NCBI GenBank assembly: GCA_013239625.1
Contig: MU054117.1
Coordinates: 2,230,011-2,294,010, forward strand
Length of the DNA stretch: 64,000 bases
DNA from: Lama guanicoe
Lineage: Eukaryota
Reading direction: 5' to 3'
Below the pieces are notes generated by a model. The model searched no databases. It was not told where the DNA came from and saw only the letters and a program-made list of their open reading frames with translations. The translations under genes and the position numbers were made by a program. Below are positions 60,301-64,000 of this stretch, in pieces (the stretch's first letter is position 1; each line of letters opens with the position of its first letter).

Positions 60301-62810
60301 ACGCCAGTGTCACCCGCAGAAAAGGCTCAGAACATGGGTAGGAGCCACCTGTCTGCTTTGCAAACCCTCCTTGGGCTTTGAAGACCCCAGATGTAACTGG
60401 TGGGCGCCGGTCTGAGGCCGGAACCAGCTTGGTAAGGGCGCCTCACCTCTCCTGCTCCCCAGCCACCTCCCCTCTGCATTCTGTGTGGCCCACCGGCCCC
60501 AACACTCAGCCTTTGTGCTCACTGGTTTGAGATCCTCCTGGATCAGCACAACGATGGAGTGCATCACCTCACGCTTGAGCGTCTCTGTCTGGGGCACTGG
60601 AGAAAAGACAGATGTGCAGCTGGCCACCAGCTGCCTCCCGCCTCCTCTGCAGCTTTGGGAGCCACAGAAGACAGGCAGGAGGGGTCCTGGGCACAGCCCT
60701 GGTCCTCAACGGCCAGGGGGACTCCCTGGGGATCCACCACCGTCCCTCCACTCCGAACCAGGCTGAAGAGTGACCTACATGGTCTCTCCCTCAAGCTGCC
60801 ATTTTAGCCCTGGCCCCTGGGGGCCCCACAATGCCCGCAGACCCACCTCTCCAGCTGCGCTGTCCCCTCCCTCTGTACATCTTGGCCTTTGCAGCTGCGA
60901 ACACGCTCTTCTACCTCGCTGTCTCCTTCCCTGCTCTCGGGACACCTGCCCAGTGCCCACCCACCTCCCCGATCCAGCCCTGTCTGCACCCCTGCTGCAC
61001 CCCTGCTGCACGCGGGTAAGCACCTGTCGCGGTCTGTGCTGCCTCGTCCCGCTGTGTGAACACCCTCGTCTCCCCGACTTGAAAGCCAGCTCCTTGACAG
61101 CAGGACCGCGCCTCACTCACGTAAGGATCTCCAGTGCCCCCCACCGTACCAGGCACATGGCCAAGGTTCAACAGACATGGAACCGGAGCTGAAGCTCCCG
61201 GCTGACAATCATGGATGAAACCACCATAACTTGACTGTACCGTGGGCTCCGGTCTAAGCACCTCACCTATGTTTTCCCATCAAATCCTCACCAAAAACAC
61301 TGAAGGTAAGTGTTCATGTTACCTCCCTGTTTCCGATGAGGAAACAGAGGCACAGACTGAAAGTGATCTGCCCCAGTTTAGCAACAGCTCATCAGAGGCA
61401 AAGCCAAGACTTTGAACCCACTGAGTTTGAGTTTAAAACTGTGCTTTTAGCTGCTATCCAGGGCTGTTTCCCAGAGAACGGAGATCTCATGAGAAAGAAG
61501 ATGCCCCGGCCCAGGCCCCATTCCCACTCACCTTCCTGGAATATTTCCATGAACACTTGAAGGGCTGGCACTATCTTGGCCGGATCCTTGGATTCCAGGG
61601 TCTTTCGGATTAACAGTACCACCTGGTCATTGTGTAACTTCGCTGTTGGAAGGGCGCGGATTCAAGAGAAGCAGGGTGGTGTTTAAGTGGTGGGTGGCAA
61701 GCAGGAGTTAGCCATGCTCACAGCAAATCACTGGTGCTGTAGGCTGGGTAAGTGAGAGGCCCCCAGGCTGGAGAGGGAGACGGAAGCCAGGGCGCCAGCG
61801 TGGGCCAGCGTCACCATGTGCCGAACGTGCGGCCAGACGCTCTTCCTGGACCTGGCCAGGTCCCTCCCCACCCTACCACGTGCTGCCCCGAGGTCAGCAC
61901 ACCCCCCATGACCATCAGTGCTAGACTCACACGATCACCTCTCTGAGCAGGGGCCCAAAGGAGGAAGGGAAGCCAAACCCAGGCAGAGGGAGTGGGAGCG
62001 AGCAATGTCTACGCCCCTCGGCGTTCAGCGACTTCAGGCCAAGCTCACACAGATTACTTGGCCTCTCATCTAGAAGGACGGGAGCCCCTCATGGGAACCT
62101 CGGCCCCTGCTCCAATCCAGGGAGAGACAAAAGTGGTCCTGCAGCTTGGGGAACGTGGGACTTACTCAGGGTGAAGAAAGCCCTCATGGCGAGGCTGCGG
62201 CTCTGGACAGAGTAGGGATCTGACGTGTTGACTTTTCCGTGCAGCTGTAGGGAAACCAAGGCCCGCAGCCATGAGAAGTGTGGCCATAAGAATGGCAGGA
62301 AAACAGAACCCAGGCGCCCATGTTCCCAGCCCCAAACGAAGACAACGGCCAATAAATTACACACGTGGAAGGGAACACCTTTTTGCAAAGTGTTCAATTG
62401 CCCTCTTCCTACTTAGGCTGCAACACAGAACATCGGACAGTTTCCACAGTGTGAGGGGGTGGTGTGAACCTTCTCCCAGAGATTAGGGGGAGCAACAGAG
62501 GCCTGTCACCCCTGAGAAGCATACAGAGTGTGTCCAGTGGAGATATCACACTCTGCCCAGAATCCAGGCGTCTGCCTGTCCCGGGGAAGCCTGAGGTGTG
62601 TGGAAAGACACCTGAACGGGGTGGAGGCGGTGACCTGGGCCGGGGGCGCCGGCGCCTCTGAAGAAGAGAGGACGAGCAAGCGCAGGCCACCGCCAGCCCC
62701 GCCGCACTCACCTGCGTGAACAGCATGGGCACGATGTTCTCCAGCTGGGACTCCAAGTTCATGCCCCCGCAGCCGCTGACAGCCAGAGCGTCCACAAGCT
62801 GGCAGATACA
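27312..62810 (-). CDS. Maestro HEAT-like repeat (MROH family, MROH1/MROH2-type long form) protein; 34 coding exons in window, about 1456 aa, 5'-partial
   Basis: Exons (GT-AG, phases join to one open frame, 4371 nt including stop): 62810-62712, 62244-62166, 61642-61532, 60596-60523, 59589-59473, 59299-59240 (or -59255), 58593-58449, 57836-57793, 56627-56468, 55949-55897, 55774-55667, 54694-54578, 53504-53382, 53033-52881, 52139-52017, 51726-51647, 51070-50935, 49278-49189, 44840-44736, 43966-43831, 43386-43289, 42768-42619, 41882-41728, 41481-41346, 40723-40530, 39779-39642, 39436-39319, 38949-38809, 38487-38314, 32407-32249, 31897-31775, 30976-30871, 29640-29575, 27811-27312. Leu-rich helical repeats with MROH signatures in the expected order: [115 protein letters not shown]. 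Exact paralogue not assigned. Confidence 0.9.
28049..28159 (-). mobile_element. tRNA-derived SINE with target-site duplication
   Basis: Reverse complement gggagggtgtagctcagtggtagagcgtgtgcacaaggtcctgggttcagtccccagt; flanked by direct repeat cttgcagtattttt (28035-28048 and 28160-28173). Confidence 0.9.
28340..28490 (-). mobile_element. L2 LINE 3' end remnant
   Basis: 'ttattcagcaactatttgctgaacacctactatcaccaggcaccgtgctgggtgctggggaca..gtgaacaagacaga'. Confidence 0.75.
29145..29250 (+). mobile_element. tRNA-derived SINE
   Basis: 'gggggtagggcgtacagctcagtggtagagctcatgcttagcatgcacaaggtc' plus A-rich tail. Confidence 0.85.
32718..32876 (+). mobile_element. tRNA-derived SINE with perfect 15-bp TSD
   Basis: 'gagtacagctcagtggtagagcacatgcttagcatccccaaggtcctgagttcaatccccagtacc', (TAAA)n tail, TSD aagaatgccaaattt at 32703-32717 and 32877-32891. 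Confidence 0.92.
33446..36027. repeat. Direct tandem duplication, 2 x 1291 bp (33446-34736 and 34737-36027)
   Basis: Identical ORFs recur at offset 1291 (33496/34787, 33644/34935, 33675/34966). I noticed only one mismatch by eye (T34280 vs C35571). Confidence 0.95.
35669..36300 (+). mobile_element. LINE-1 3' end (its 5' part is also duplicated at 34378-34736)
   Basis: 'atatgacccagcaatcccactcctgggcatatatccagag', 'caatggaatactactcggccataaaaaag', ending 'acaacattgtaactgactata'. Confidence 0.9.
36850..37720 (+). mobile_element. Old L1M ORF1-region remnant
   Basis: A-rich; 'agtctcagcaaagaaatagaagatat', 'cagaggaaagagtcagtgaacttgaaga', 'aaatttcctaagtttggtgaaaga'. Confidence 0.65.
44200..44485 (+). 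mobile_element. L2 LINE remnant
   Basis: 'ttcttcaagtctagctcagatgcctcctcctccatgaagccttcc' and 'ctgtgagatccatgaagacagac..gcacagtgcctggcacaaggtgagtattcagtagct'. Confidence 0.7.
45962..46556 (+). mobile_element. Younger LINE-1 3' end with polyA, nested among older L1 sequence
   Basis: 'ccccagtgctcacagcagcactgtttacaacagcc', 'tggaatactactcagccata', ending 'gacacattgtaactaactatacatcaataaaaaaa'. Confidence 0.9.
46560..48555 (+). mobile_element. LINE-1 ORF2 fragment (post-endonuclease through RT, degenerate)
   Basis: 'atttggaaattaaacaacacacttcta', 'tggttctttgaaagatcaa', 'ttaaatccagcaatatataaaaag', 'ctggaagtcctagccagtgcagtaaggc', peptide [12 protein letters not shown]. Confidence 0.9.
48770..49165 (+). 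mobile_element. MLT1 (MaLR) solo LTR
   Basis: 'ccccaaattcatgtctgcccagaacctcagaatgtgaccttgtttggaaacggggtctttgcagat' and 'agccaaggaacgccacgggctgcc', ending 'tgtggcgcttcgttacgcagcccaaggaaa'. Confidence 0.85.
49715..49900 (-). mobile_element. tRNA-derived SINE
   Basis: Reverse complement gggagggtatagcccacgtgatacagcgtgtgcttagcacgcacagggtcctgggttccatctccagt plus AT-rich tail. Confidence 0.8.
53735..53840 (+). mobile_element. tRNA-derived SINE
   Basis: 'gtatggctctgtggcagagcgtatgcttagcatgcacgaggtcctgggttcaatccccagtgcctc' plus A-rich tail. Confidence 0.85.
57317..57765. repeat. (GGAT/GGGT)n simple repeat containing an assembly gap (N 57369-57621)
   Basis: Directly visible; follows an L2-like 3' end at about 57230-57312. 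Confidence 0.95.
61240..61450. mobile_element. MIR SINE
   Basis: 'tttccgatgaggaaacagaggcacagactgaaagtgatctgccc..acagctcatcagaggcaaagccaagactttgaaccca'. Confidence 0.75.
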
Positions 62811-63104
62811 CTGTGTGCATGGGGACAGAGTCGGCAGCGGTCACCCGCCCGTTCCACCGCCAAGGGAAGTCCTGGCACCTTCTACTCGAGGGTGGCCGGG
62901 CCATCACGGTTTCACACGGCCCTCCTGGACCGTTTCAAGTCAGGCTCAGGGTGTAGTTCTTCCGTAGCCAAATAAAGCCATGACCTGCCCTTCCGCCTCA
63001 CCCAGGAAGCTATGCTTATTTTCTGTCTTTTTTTTTTTATTTAGTATAGTCAGTTTTCAATGATGTGCTAATTTCTCGTATAGAGCACAGTGCTTCAGTC
63101 AACT

Positions 63105-63325
63105 TACCGACAAAACAGAAACAGACACACAGACACAGAAAACAAGCTTGTGATGACCACTAGGGAAAGGGGGTGGGGAGGGATAAATTGGGAGGTGGGG
63201 ATTGGCAGATATAAACTACTGTATGTAAACTAGACCAACAACAAGGTCGTCCCGTGGAGCACAGGGAACTACATTGTAACAGCCTGTAACGAAAAAAAGA
63301 ATACGAAAAGAAATACACACACTTA
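63105..63325 (+). mobile_element. LINE-1 3' end fragment, joined to a short inverted L1 tail at about 63028-63100
   Basis: 'caaaacagaaacagacacacagacacagaaaacaagcttgtg..gggagggataaattgggagg..agcacagggaactac'. Confidence 0.75.
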
Positions 63326-63614
63326 TTTTCAAGTAGTCCCATCATTCCACAGAAACTTTCAGGGCAACTCAACCTTGCAAGCGTTGGCTAACTTCAGAGC
63401 AGGATAAATTAATCATGGCCAAAGAAAGAACTGGTTCTACTGTTCTCTGACTTTCAAATTCCTGAAAACCAAGTCTAAAAGCCTAAATATCTACTCTCTA
63501 CCTAGTGGACTCCACTATGTATGGGTTGTTCTCATCACTGGCATAAAGGTCTGCCAATAGCCTGAGTTTCCACACGTGTGAGCATTCCACTCAATTTTTA
63601 AAAAACAGCTTTAT

Positions 63615-63965
63615 TAATAAAAGTAAAAATAAACAAATGAAACCTAATTAAACTTAAAGGCTTTTGCACAGCAAAGGAAACCATAAACAAAATGAAAAGA
63701 CAGCCTACAGAAGGGGAGAAAATATTTGCAAATGCAAGACCAACAAGGGACTAAGTTCCAAAATATACAAACAGCTCTTAACGTCAGAAAACAACCAACC
63801 AAATCAAAAAATGGGCAGAAGACCTAAACAGACATTTCCCCAAAGAGGACATCCAGATGGCCAACGGGCGCATGAAAAGATGCTCAACATCACTAATTAC
63901 TAGAGAAATGCAAATCAAGACTACAAGGAGGTATCGCCTCACGCCAACCAGAATGGCCATCTCTG
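63615..63965 (+). mobile_element. LINE-1 ORF2 3' fragment
   Basis: 'acctaattaaacttaaaggcttttgcacagcaaaggaaaccataaacaaa', 'atgctcaacatcactaattactagagaaatgcaaatcaa'. Confidence 0.9.
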
Positions 63966-64000
63966 GTTCTCTTCATTTCTTAAAAATACAAATCTGTATT

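Noticed and set aside
27312..62810. Assigning a specific symbol (MROH1, MROH2A, MROH2B, MROH7)
   Set aside because: Similarity is family-level only and the gene neighbourhood does not match the named genes; phylogeny is needed.

Overview
Mammalian genomic DNA, probably camelid (inferred from short tRNA-derived SINEs ending in 'aaataaataaacctaattacc' and the L1 3' ends). No prokaryotic features. Three spliced genes were reconstructed by hand. (1) The last coding exon and polyA signal of WASHC1 on + (60-199). (2) A complete, intact 26-coding-exon DDX11/ChlR1 Fe-S helicase gene on - (CDS 19797 to 1208, 914 aa), tail-to-tail with WASHC1, with an NRF1/GC-box/CCAAT CpG-island promoter at about 23.9-24.6 kb. 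(3) Directly upstream on the same strand, 34 GT-AG exons (62810 to 27312, about 1456 aa, 5' end beyond the window) that splice into one open frame encoding a large maestro HEAT-like repeat (MROH) protein. None of the human MROH genes I know of lies beside DDX11 or WASHC1, so this may be an uncharacterised paralogue; it is the main candidate for novelty. Introns hold L1, Tigger1, MLT1/MLT2, L2, MIR and tRNA-SINE remnants, a near-perfect 1291-bp tandem duplication, and a (GGAT)n tract with a 253-N gap. Homology calls come from remembered sequences, not database searches, and repeat boundaries are approximate.
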